From NCBI GenBank assembly GCA_004284765.1, contig NQJD01000019.1:15724-47723 (forward strand): DNA of 32,000 nt. Direction: 5' to 3'. This DNA comes from Candidatus Electronema aureum (lineage in GTDB: Bacteria > Desulfobacterota > Desulfobulbia > Desulfobulbales > Desulfobulbaceae). Position numbers and translations under genes: made by a program. The notes below the pieces were generated by a model. It was not told the origin of the DNA, did no database searches, and worked only from the letters and a program-made list of their open reading frames with translations. The stretch's first letter is position 1, and every line of letters begins with the position of its first letter. This document shows positions 10,601-18,526 of the stretch, piece after piece.

Positions 10601-11824
10601 TTCCATTGCCAGCCAGAGGAAGCTGTTGCTCTTCGCCTTGCTACAGAGTAATTCTAAAGCGACCCGCAGCTTCTCCGGCAGCTGTACACCTAGCCAGTGT
10701 AGAGCCAATCCAGCGGTCAGGGTATTGAGGCTGCGCTCCTCTTTTTCAAAGCTCTCGGTCAATATCCGCATGTCAGGCAAGGCTCCTTCCATCGTGCCGA
10801 CATAGGTATCCAAAAAGCGGAAGGCCAGCTCATCCGGGCAGCCTTGGCAGCGGAGAACCAAAGCCACTGCCCGTCGGATTGCGGCGCGGTCGCCGGGGCT
10901 GCTGCGGGCGAGCAGAGCCATGATGCAAAAGAGGCCGCTGATATTGAAGAAGAAGCCACCTTCTGGCCCGGCATATTTGTTAAGCAGAGCTAAATCTTGC
11001 TCAAAGAGCTTCAGGGCTTCATCGGTGTGTCCCCGGAGAAAGGCCGCGCTGCCTGCAAAACCGGAACCTTGGAAGGAGTCGGCATGAGCGGTTATCAACA
11101 ATTCCAACTTACCGGTGCAGCCCCGCAGCAGATAGTGGCCAGCAAGCAAGCGACGAAAGGGGACGCGCTCATCCTCAGAGAGAAGTATTTTATCTTCAGC
11201 CTCCAGATACGCAGTTATCTCTGGATAATCTACGGCGTGCTCTGCCGAATAGCGGAAAATTTCGTTAAGCAGGTAAAATTGGAAAAAACCAGATAACCCT
11301 CGGAACCAATCCACGTCAAAGGTCTCAGCAACAATCTGTATCGCTGGCGGCGACCCGCCCTGTTCTTTGCATTGCTCTTTGAGGAAAAGGGCCGCCTCCT
11401 CCATTTTATCCATGTTGCTGGTGTGCAAGCCGATACGAAATTGGCGCAGGGCGCGGCGGCAGCGGGTTGACCATTTGCCATAGAGATAGGAGACCGGTGC
11501 CTTGTGTTCAATTAATTCGGCCAAAACGGTAAAACGCCCTTCAGCAGCAGCGTGCCGAGTCAGTTGTTCCGCTAACAGTGCCGTACACTGATTGAACTCA
11601 TTCAGCAGACCGATTTCACGCAACCTCGTCACCATGCTTTCTAACTCATCGCTACCTAAACGTCTAAGGCCGGGAAGATCGACCCCGGATAGGCAGGTGG
11701 CGAGAAAGGCCGCTGAAACAGGTTCGTAAATTACGGAAATGAAGGTAAGCAAAAATTGCTCCAAGGGCGGCAGGGTACGCACTAACTCCATTTGGCTCTT
11801 GTTCTGATGATCTAACGAGGACAT
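7658..11824 (-). CDS. SNF2-family helicase/ATPase (1388 aa) with a long non-catalytic N-terminal region
   Basis: The C-terminal ~480 aa carry SNF2 motifs: [10 protein letters not shown] (I), [11 protein letters not shown] (II), [18 protein letters not shown] (III), ALIFSQF (IV), and [44 protein letters not shown] (V/VI). The segment [20 protein letters not shown] resembles the bacterial SNF2-associated domain. Confidence 0.9.
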   Translation of the reverse strand: [1388 protein letters not shown]

Positions 11825-11868
11825 TTTTTTCCTGAACAGGTTGTATGAGCTGCGCCGGGCAGCATTTG

Positions 11869-11905
11869 CAGAAATACAACAGGCGGGGCATTGCCTCCCC
11901 GCCTG
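11869..11905 (-). terminator. Candidate terminator between ppiD and the SNF2 gene
   Basis: A 9-bp stem caggcgggg/ccccgcctg (11880-11888 / 11897-11905) encloses an 8-nt loop. The minus-strand tail is TTGTATTTC. A second hairpin, tgccgagt-gag-actcggca, lies at 11917-11935. Confidence 0.45.
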
Positions 11906-11938
11906 CTCAACTGCCGTGCCGAGTGAGACTCGGCAGGC

Positions 11939-13837
11939 TTACTCAAGCGGCGTGTCGCGCTCGAACATATTGTCATTAATCCTTATCTTCGCTTGAGCTT
12001 GAAGACTACCTAACCAAGCGGTCAACAAATCTCGCCGGGCAGTGGCTAACTGCTGCTCTCTCGCCTGCTCATTGGCCTTGGTCGCGCCCGCCTTCCGCTC
12101 TTTGACTTCATAGACAAACCAAGCCTCACCCACCTGCACCGGCTGGGCAGGTAGTTGCTCTTTCCAAGAAAGTTTAAAGGCTTCTTGGAGCATTTGTTCT
12201 GGTGGAGCATCTTTACCTGCTGGAGCCGAACGTTTGAGAAATTCAGTAGTTGTCACGACCACACCTTCAGCCGTTTGCAGTGCTTTTTTCTCTCGGCTGG
12301 CAGCGAGCAATTTAGTGGCAGCTTGAGCAGCTAATTCCGCCGCTTTTGCCTTGGCATGATCCGCAATAACTTTTTCCCGCACTGTGTCCAACGTAGGTAA
12401 GGCAGGCTCTTGAATATCATCGGCAAAAAGAACGGCATAGCCCTCGCGCAGCTCAATGATCGAGGATAGCTCACCTTTTTTCAAACCAAATGCTGCCTCG
12501 ATAAATTTAGGATCAGCAGGCAACGTGGCTGGGCGTTCTGTGCGGGAAAAATGCTCCGTAGTTTGCACCTTGCCCTGCTCCTTTTGGCTGTACTTATCCA
12601 AACTGCCTGCCTTCATGATCGACTCATAGGCAGTAGCAGCCCGTTTAAAGGTCAAGGCCTTGGCTCGCTGCCGCCGAATGCCTGCGGCGAGGTTATCTTT
12701 AACCTGCTCGAAACTGCGTACTACTTCCGGGCGCACTTCCTCTAACTTAATCAGGTGATAGCCAAAGTTAGTTTCTACCAGTCCGCTGGTCTCCCCCGCT
12801 TTCATGGCAAAAACTGCTGCGTCAAAGGCAGGTGCCATTCGTCCGGCAGGGAAAAAGCCCAGATCACCGCCCTGTTCTTTGTTACTGGTATCATCAGAAT
12901 ACTCTTTGGCTAAGGCGGCAAAATCGCTGTCTTTGGCCTGAGTTTTGGCCAGCACTTCCTCAGCCTTTTTTTTCTTTTCAGCCTTTATTGCTTCCGAAGC
13001 CCCTTCTTCGACTCGAAAAAGAATGTGGCGGGCATGACGCTGTTCTGGCTGACGGTAGCTTTCTTTGTCCTGCTCGTACTTGGCCTTTAGCTCTTCCTCA
13101 GCAACTTGCACTTGCTGCTCGTCCTCGCTTTGATTAAAGAGCAAATACTTCAGCCGAATTTTCGGCTCAGAGCGATACTTGGCTTTATTTTTTTCAAACC
13201 AAGCTGCGAGTTCGTTGCCGTCCGCTTTGACTTGAGACTCAAAGGCAGCAGGCTCAAATTTTACGTAAGCTATTTTGATTTCTTCGTCTGTATAGGCTGC
13301 CCAACGCTCAACGGCATTATCAGGCACCACGGCGAAGTTACCAACCAATTCTTGTACTCGGTCAGTGCCAAGATCGGATTTGAGGCCTTTTTCAAAGCTG
13401 CCTATAGTCATTTTGTTCTGGGCGAGGACATCTTTGTAGCGTTGAAGGCTAAAATGACCATTTTCTTGAAAAACATCCATTTGCTCAATTCGCTTCTGCA
13501 CTGGTAAATCGCTGACCGTGATGCCCGCCTCGGTGCCGCCCTGTCGAAGCAGCTCCGCTTGGATCAGGCGGTATAGTACCTGTTCCTTAATACCCAGCTG
13601 CTCGACAAAGCCGGGTGGCATTTTTCCGCCAAACTGCTGCTGGAGACCGTCCACCGCTTGCCCGTAGGCCCGCTGAAAATCGACACCGGAAATATCCGTG
13701 TCGTTAACTGAGGCTACCGAATTACGGCGACCTCCCAGATTGGTGCCAACTCCCCAGAAGATGAAAACGACCATGATGATCAGCACCACGGCCTGGATCA
13801 AGGTTGACTGCGCTTTCTTGCGTAAAAAATCCAACAT
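11939..13837 (-). CDS. ppiD: Periplasmic chaperone / peptidyl-prolyl isomerase PpiD
   Basis: It has an N-terminal membrane anchor (LIQAVVLIIMVVFIFWGV) and SurA-N-like helical regions. The parvulin domain reads HARHILF...GGDLGFF...FGYHLIKL. The 632-aa length is typical. Confidence 0.85.
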   Translation of the reverse strand: MLDFLRKKAQSTLIQAVVLIIMVVFIFWGVGTNLGGRRNSVASVNDTDISGVDFQRAYGQAVDGLQQQFGGKMPPGFVEQLGIKEQVLYRLIQAELLRQGGTEAGITVSDLPVQKRIEQMDVFQENGHFSLQRYKDVLAQNKMTIGSFEKGLKSDLGTDRVQELVGNFAVVPDNAVERWAAYTDEEIKIAYVKFEPAAFESQVKADGNELAAWFEKNKAKYRSEPKIRLKYLLFNQSEDEQQVQVAEEELKAKYEQDKESYRQPEQRHARHILFRVEEGASEAIKAEKKKKAEEVLAKTQAKDSDFAALAKEYSDDTSNKEQGGDLGFFPAGRMAPAFDAAVFAMKAGETSGLVETNFGYHLIKLEEVRPEVVRSFEQVKDNLAAGIRRQRAKALTFKRAATAYESIMKAGSLDKYSQKEQGKVQTTEHFSRTERPATLPADPKFIEAAFGLKKGELSSIIELREGYAVLFADDIQEPALPTLDTVREKVIADHAKAKAAELAAQAATKLLAASREKKALQTAEGVVVTTTEFLKRSAPAGKDAPPEQMLQEAFKLSWKEQLPAQPVQVGEAWFVYEVKERKAGATKANEQAREQQLATARRDLLTAWLGSLQAQAKIRINDNMFERDTPLE

Positions 13838-14001
13838 CTTGCTTCACTCTCTTATGAATTCTTGGTCAGAAAGGGGCTGTGTTTCTCCCACCTTATCCGC
13901 ACAACATAGCAGGTTGTCAGCTAAAAAGCCAATTATTGTGTATTCGCAACCTCAGTTCCTTGCCAAAGCGGTCTTCGCAGGCAAAAAAAAGCGAAGATTT
14001 C

Positions 14002-14030
14002 TTGACAAAGAAAAGGCCATATAGTATGAG
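14002..14030 (+). promoter_or_regulatory. Sigma-70-type promoter for dsrC
   Basis: TTGACA (14002-14007), a 17-nt spacer, then TATGAG (14025-14030). This sits about 80 nt upstream of the ATG, and a GGGAGA RBS lies at about 14100. Confidence 0.55.
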
Positions 14031-14112
14031 TTCTGTTTAACGTCCAACTAGACCGCAACGGTGAATAATCTTTTATTCATTTCAATCTATCTTTGCCCAA
14101 GGGAGAAAGACT

Positions 14113-14433
14113 ATGGCAACCATTGAACACAACGGAAAATCTTACGAAGTTGATGAAGACGGCTTCTTGCTGAATGGCTCTGAGTCGTGGGATGACAACT
14201 GGGTCAGCTACGTCAAAGGCGTGGAAGGCATCGGCGATCTGACCGAAGAACACAAGAAGGTGATCGACGCGCTTCAAGAATACTACAAGAAAAACGGTAT
14301 TGCGCCTATGGTTCGTATTCTGTCCAAGACCACTGGCTTCCCGCTGAAGAGAATTTACGAGCTATTCCCGTCTGGGCCTGGCAAAGGAGCCTGTAAGATG
14401 GCCGGTCTGCCCAAACCCACTGGCTGCGTCTAA
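14113..14433 (+). CDS. dsrC: DsrC (TusE/DsrC/DsvC family sulfur-relay protein)
   Basis: The protein is 106 aa. Its C-terminal arm has the two conserved cysteines, GKGACKMAGLPKPTGCV, and internal motifs are LQEYYKKNGIAPMVRIL. Confidence 0.9.
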   Translation: MATIEHNGKSYEVDEDGFLLNGSESWDDNWVSYVKGVEGIGDLTEEHKKVIDALQEYYKKNGIAPMVRILSKTTGFPLKRIYELFPSGPGKGACKMAGLPKPTGCV

Positions 14434-14463
14434 TCCTTTTTCAGGACAGACTCAACGTTTCAG

Positions 14464-14493
14464 AAAGGCTGCCGCAAGGTGGCCTTTTTTATT
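14464..14493. terminator. Terminator hairpin between convergent dsrC and the ABC ATPase gene
   Basis: aaaggctgcc-GCAA-ggtggccttt forms a 10-bp stem including 2 G-U pairs, with a GNRA loop. It is followed by tttattt on the + strand. Confidence 0.65.
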
Positions 14494-15390
14494 TCATCTA
14501 TCCTCCGCACACAGAGTCTGGAAGGAATGAGGATGAGCCAGATCAAAACTGCTCGCATGACGGATGTACTTGGGGTTAAACCCCTCCTGCCGGATTTGCT
14601 GAATCAGCGCGCCGAATTCGGCAGTGGTTTTGACAAGGGTTGACTGGGCTACTTTGGGGAGCGCATAGTCAGCAACGATGCGGGCACCGCGCCGCACTTC
14701 TTCGCCGTGGCCTCGGTTGTCAGTGTAGTATTGCGACAGGACAATGATCCGGGTACCAAGAAACACCGCCTCTTCTAGGTCGTGGGTGACAAAAAAAATG
14801 GTCATTTTGAACTCTTCCCACAGCTCCAGCAGGAATATCTGCATGTTCTCCCGCGAGCCAGGATCAAGCGCACCAAACGGTTCGTCCATCAACAGGATTT
14901 TTGGCTGCATGATCAGTGATTGGGCAATCGCCACCCGCTGCCGCATCCCGCCAGACAGTTCGTGCGGGAACTTGCGACTGTGCTCTTGCAGGCCCATCCG
15001 GGTAAGATAGGTCATCGCCCTTTCCTCAAACTCCTTGCGCCGTCGTCGTCGTTCAAAAAAGCCATACGAAAGACGTAGACCAAGCAGCACGTTATCGAGG
15101 ACATTCAGATGAGGGAACAGTGAGTATTTTTGATAAACGATGCCTCGGCTGCGGTCAGCGAAGCCGCAGGGCTGGCCATCAACCAGCACCGTACCGGAAG
15201 AGGGAAACTCCTGCCCCAGCACTAAACGGAGCAGGGTTGATTTGCCGCAGCCTGACGGCCCGACCACGGTGACTATCTCGCCCGCTGCTACAGCTAAGTC
15301 GATGTTATCCAGCACGACCTTGCTGCCGTAGGCCTTGTACACATCCTCAAGAAAGAGGCAGCTTGTCTTGCGCAGCTCATCTGGGTTCAT
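14494..15390 (-). CDS. ABC transporter ATP-binding protein (NitT/TauT-type)
   Basis: Walker A is GPSGCGKST, the signature is LSGGMRQRVAIA, Walker B is ILLMDEPFGALD and the H-loop is FVTHDLEEA. The start overlaps the DoxX stop (ATGA). Confidence 0.9.
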   Translation of the reverse strand: MNPDELRKTSCLFLEDVYKAYGSKVVLDNIDLAVAAGEIVTVVGPSGCGKSTLLRLVLGQEFPSSGTVLVDGQPCGFADRSRGIVYQKYSLFPHLNVLDNVLLGLRLSYGFFERRRRRKEFEERAMTYLTRMGLQEHSRKFPHELSGGMRQRVAIAQSLIMQPKILLMDEPFGALDPGSRENMQIFLLELWEEFKMTIFFVTHDLEEAVFLGTRIIVLSQYYTDNRGHGEEVRRGARIVADYALPKVAQSTLVKTTAEFGALIQQIRQEGFNPKYIRHASSFDLAHPHSFQTLCAEDR

Positions 15391-15842
15391 ACTTTTCTTT
15401 CAGAATGCTTGGAATCAACGCTGAATGCGCCGGGGCCATTGGCGATAATCATCATCAGCCCTCCAATAATCGACAAATTTTTCATAAATGACTTCAGCTG
15501 ATCCTGGATTAGTTCCGGTTCCGTGAATGTCCAGAAATGATGAAAATAATATGTCCCTGAGATGGTGAAGATCAGGAGCAGCATTGCCCCAATTCGTGCC
15601 TTGAAACCGACAATCAGCGACAGGCTACCTGCGAGCAGGAAAGCAATTGCGCCGACCAGCATAACGCTGGGAAAAGGAACTCCCTCGTGCGCCATTCGTT
15701 CAGTAACATGATGGAAATCTGGAATTTTGCTGACAAGTGCGGTCAGCAAAAAGACCGAAGCGAGCAGTATTCTGCCGATCAGATTGATGATCCCAGCTTG
15801 AGCAGTTTTCATCTTTATGCTTTGTCTGCCTCCTGTTTGCAT
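15387..15842 (-). CDS. DoxX-family small membrane protein embedded in the ABC operon
   Basis: Four predicted TM helices are present. The DoxX-like N-terminus reads LIGRILLASVFLLTALVSKIPDF and continues ...GVPFPSVMLVGAIAFLLAGSLSLIVGFKARIGA. An RBS GGAAAGGA precedes the start. Confidence 0.78.
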   Translation of the reverse strand: MQTGGRQSIKMKTAQAGIINLIGRILLASVFLLTALVSKIPDFHHVTERMAHEGVPFPSVMLVGAIAFLLAGSLSLIVGFKARIGAMLLLIFTISGTYYFHHFWTFTEPELIQDQLKSFMKNLSIIGGLMMIIANGPGAFSVDSKHSERKV

Positions 15843-15854
15843 TCCTTTCCTATC

Positions 15855-16688
15855 CTACTCCTGCGACTCCAAATACCAAGCATAGCGTGTTCTCAGGATA
15901 AGGCGCAGCACAGAATCCACCACCGCGCCGATCAGAACAATCCAGAGTACATAGGGAATGATCAGATCCATTGCCAGATAACGCCGCACCAGAAAGATGC
16001 GGTAGCCGAGTCCGTTGGTGGCGGCAATGGCCTCAGCCGCAATGAGGAAGAGCCAGGCTGGCCCCATATTGATCCGCACGGTTTCGATCAGGCGCGGCAT
16101 GATCTGGGGAAGCACGATACGGTAGGCCAAACTGGTTTGAGACGCGCCCAAGGTGCAGGCTTTTATGATCTGCTCTCGTGGTATCTTCTTGACCGTCAGC
16201 TGGATGTCTCTGGTAATGAGCGGAAAGGTGCCGATGAAGATCAGTACCACCTTGGCCAGTTCATCTACGCCAAAGACAATGAAGAGGATGGGCAAGACAG
16301 CCAGCGGCGGAATGATCGAGACAAAGGTGACAAAGGGCAAGAAGAGATGCTCCATGCCGATGAAGATACCAAGGTTTAAACCGCAGAGCAGGCCGCAAAG
16401 GGCAGCTATTCCTAGTCCTATGCCGATGCGCCGCAGGCTTGCGCCAGTGTCTGTCCAAAGCTGGTATTCGCCGGTGCGGGCATTCTCCTCGAACGCGGCC
16501 CGCTGCATGGCATCATACATCTTTGATGCAGTCGGCAGGAGCTTATCCGAGGGATTCTCCCGCTGCCGGGTATCTGACGCTAGGGCGTAGATGATGACCA
16601 GCAGCGCGAAAGGGATGATAGTCAGCAGCCAGCGCAACCAGTTGGGTGGCGAGGCGTGAATGCCAAGGAATTTAGGTGGGGTGGGCAT
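15855..16688 (-). CDS. ABC transporter permease (NitT/TauT-type, BPD_transp_1)
   Basis: The protein is a polytopic membrane protein with an EAA-loop-like region: LGASQTSLAYRIVLPQIMPRLIETVRINMGPAWLFLIAAE. Confidence 0.85.
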   Translation of the reverse strand: MPTPPKFLGIHASPPNWLRWLLTIIPFALLVIIYALASDTRQRENPSDKLLPTASKMYDAMQRAAFEENARTGEYQLWTDTGASLRRIGIGLGIAALCGLLCGLNLGIFIGMEHLFLPFVTFVSIIPPLAVLPILFIVFGVDELAKVVLIFIGTFPLITRDIQLTVKKIPREQIIKACTLGASQTSLAYRIVLPQIMPRLIETVRINMGPAWLFLIAAEAIAATNGLGYRIFLVRRYLAMDLIIPYVLWIVLIGAVVDSVLRLILRTRYAWYLESQE

Positions 16689-16709
16689 GGGTTGTGAGAG
16701 TTTGTTGGT

Positions 16710-18458
16710 TCATCTTTCCCCATCATGCTGGGGAGCTTCCCATCTCTGTATTTTCTTCAGCATCTCTGGTTTGAAGTGCAGTTTCTCAATAAGATCGCCG
16801 CGCCGGAATGTGGCCGCCAAGCGTTGCAGACTGACATCCTGATCATTGTATAAAGCAAGGAGAGCTTCCTTGATCTTAGTTATTGCAGCAGAATGGTATT
16901 CATCGCCTTTGTTTTCAATCAGCTTGCGCGCATTTTCAAAGGTGCGATGGTCAAGCTGATTGAGCTGGATTCCCATTTCGGAAAGCAGTGAATCACCCAT
17001 AAGCATAGCAGCAAAGCAGGAAGAATATCTGATAAATTCTGGGGCATCAGCTTCTGGTCTTTTGCGTCTGTTCTCGGCTATCCTGAACAAGAGAACCGCA
17101 ATGATCACTTGGGCACCATTTAAGTCAGCAGTAAAAATAGTGTCATAAAGTTTTCCGAAATGCTCACCGGTCATGAACTTTGCTTGATGCGGACGATGCC
17201 GCCAAATGGAAAGCACAGCTTCAGCGGCTGTCCCGCTGGTGATGTCCGTATTTTTTGTAGCCACTTCGCTCCGCTGTCGTCTGTAGCTGTAGTCTAATTC
17301 CTTTATAGACAAGGCTAATTTTTGCTGCCGATCATCATTGGAACGCAAATCCCGCAGATCAACAGGATTCTGGCTGTTCGTCGCATACGTGATATTCCGA
17401 ACTAAGTCTTCCTCACCCTTTGGCAGCTCGTATATTCTGACAAGAACAGAGGCCTTCGGAGCAGTTATTGAACCAGAAGCAAGTTTCCGCTGAATTGTCT
17501 TACAGGTTTGCCCTCCGTTGATAATCTGCATTCCTGACAGTTTCACTGACCAATTTTCATCTTGCAAGGCATTATGTTGAAATTGGTTGCAGGTTAACGT
17601 AATCCCATTGTTATAAAAATAAAAATTTGGCTGCTCTTCTGGCATGGTCAGGGTGTAAGCGATGCCCTCATTGATGCGGTTACCCTGCAATCCAAGATAA
17701 CGCCGGATATTCCTCTCAAGGAGTCTGTCGCCATGCCTATCAAAGAGGGCAGCAAGCTCAGAAACCGCGATTTTACCCACTAAGACCCTGCGGAAATCAT
17801 AATCCTCAACAATGGCTTTGCCTGTAAGCCGGAGCGTGTCATTCACCGGTTTCAATGATTTAATTATCGCTACCAAGCTGTCATGATTGACATGCTCGAA
17901 CATAACCTGATCGCCAAAACCAGCATTTTCTATCAGCTCCTGCGCCTCGTTTTTCCAGATTGCTCCATTGTTGCAGGCAATGACTCTAACTTGCGGAAGA
18001 TATCCATCCGCAACGAATGAACGGATTTCTTCTATTCTTGGTTTCAGATTGGAATTCACCGTGATGGTTTTGTAGGGGTCAAAAAGTGTTCCTGCCGCTT
18101 GAATCAATTTCTCGATCCCTGTTTGCGGGAAGTTCGATTCGCCATCAAGATTGGATTTATATTTTCCTTGAAACAGGGTGACACCGAACTCGCCATCTTG
18201 AACTTCTCCAACTTCAACAGCATCAACTCCGAAATCCCCTCCGCCTTCGGTCAGACATTCAACCGCCTCCTCTTCGGTTAAATCCAACAGCGTCTTCACG
18301 ACTAAAACAACAAATGCCGCTGAACGCAATTTATCATCATTATTATTGAAGCCTACCTTTTCTTCGATTGTTGCTTTCTGGCGCTCGGCCAGTGCTCTTA
18401 CTTGCTGATCAATAATACTTGCGTTGATATTCACAACATCTTCTCCTTGTTCGAGCAT
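16710..18458 (-). CDS. AIPR-family (abortive infection phage resistance-like) protein
   Basis: The core AIPR pattern is LERNIRRYLGLQGNRINEGIAYTL...FYFYNNGITLTCNQF...MQIINGGQTCKTI. The N-terminal region has GGGDFGVDAVEV...FQGKY. The gene is visibly more AT-rich than both flanks. Confidence 0.82.
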   Translation of the reverse strand: MLEQGEDVVNINASIIDQQVRALAERQKATIEEKVGFNNNDDKLRSAAFVVLVVKTLLDLTEEEAVECLTEGGGDFGVDAVEVGEVQDGEFGVTLFQGKYKSNLDGESNFPQTGIEKLIQAAGTLFDPYKTITVNSNLKPRIEEIRSFVADGYLPQVRVIACNNGAIWKNEAQELIENAGFGDQVMFEHVNHDSLVAIIKSLKPVNDTLRLTGKAIVEDYDFRRVLVGKIAVSELAALFDRHGDRLLERNIRRYLGLQGNRINEGIAYTLTMPEEQPNFYFYNNGITLTCNQFQHNALQDENWSVKLSGMQIINGGQTCKTIQRKLASGSITAPKASVLVRIYELPKGEEDLVRNITYATNSQNPVDLRDLRSNDDRQQKLALSIKELDYSYRRQRSEVATKNTDITSGTAAEAVLSIWRHRPHQAKFMTGEHFGKLYDTIFTADLNGAQVIIAVLLFRIAENRRKRPEADAPEFIRYSSCFAAMLMGDSLLSEMGIQLNQLDHRTFENARKLIENKGDEYHSAAITKIKEALLALYNDQDVSLQRLAATFRRGDLIEKLHFKPEMLKKIQRWEAPQHDGER

Positions 18459-18526
18459 CCACTGTAATGCGCCAGCTTGACGAAATCCTGCACAGAGCAG
18501 ACGTGCCGCCCTGTGCTGAACATCGT

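Noticed and set aside
15687-16379. 230-aa plus-strand ORF
   Set aside because: It is antisense to the DoxX and permease genes. The composition-driven sequence is rich in D/Q/H/R with no recognisable domain.
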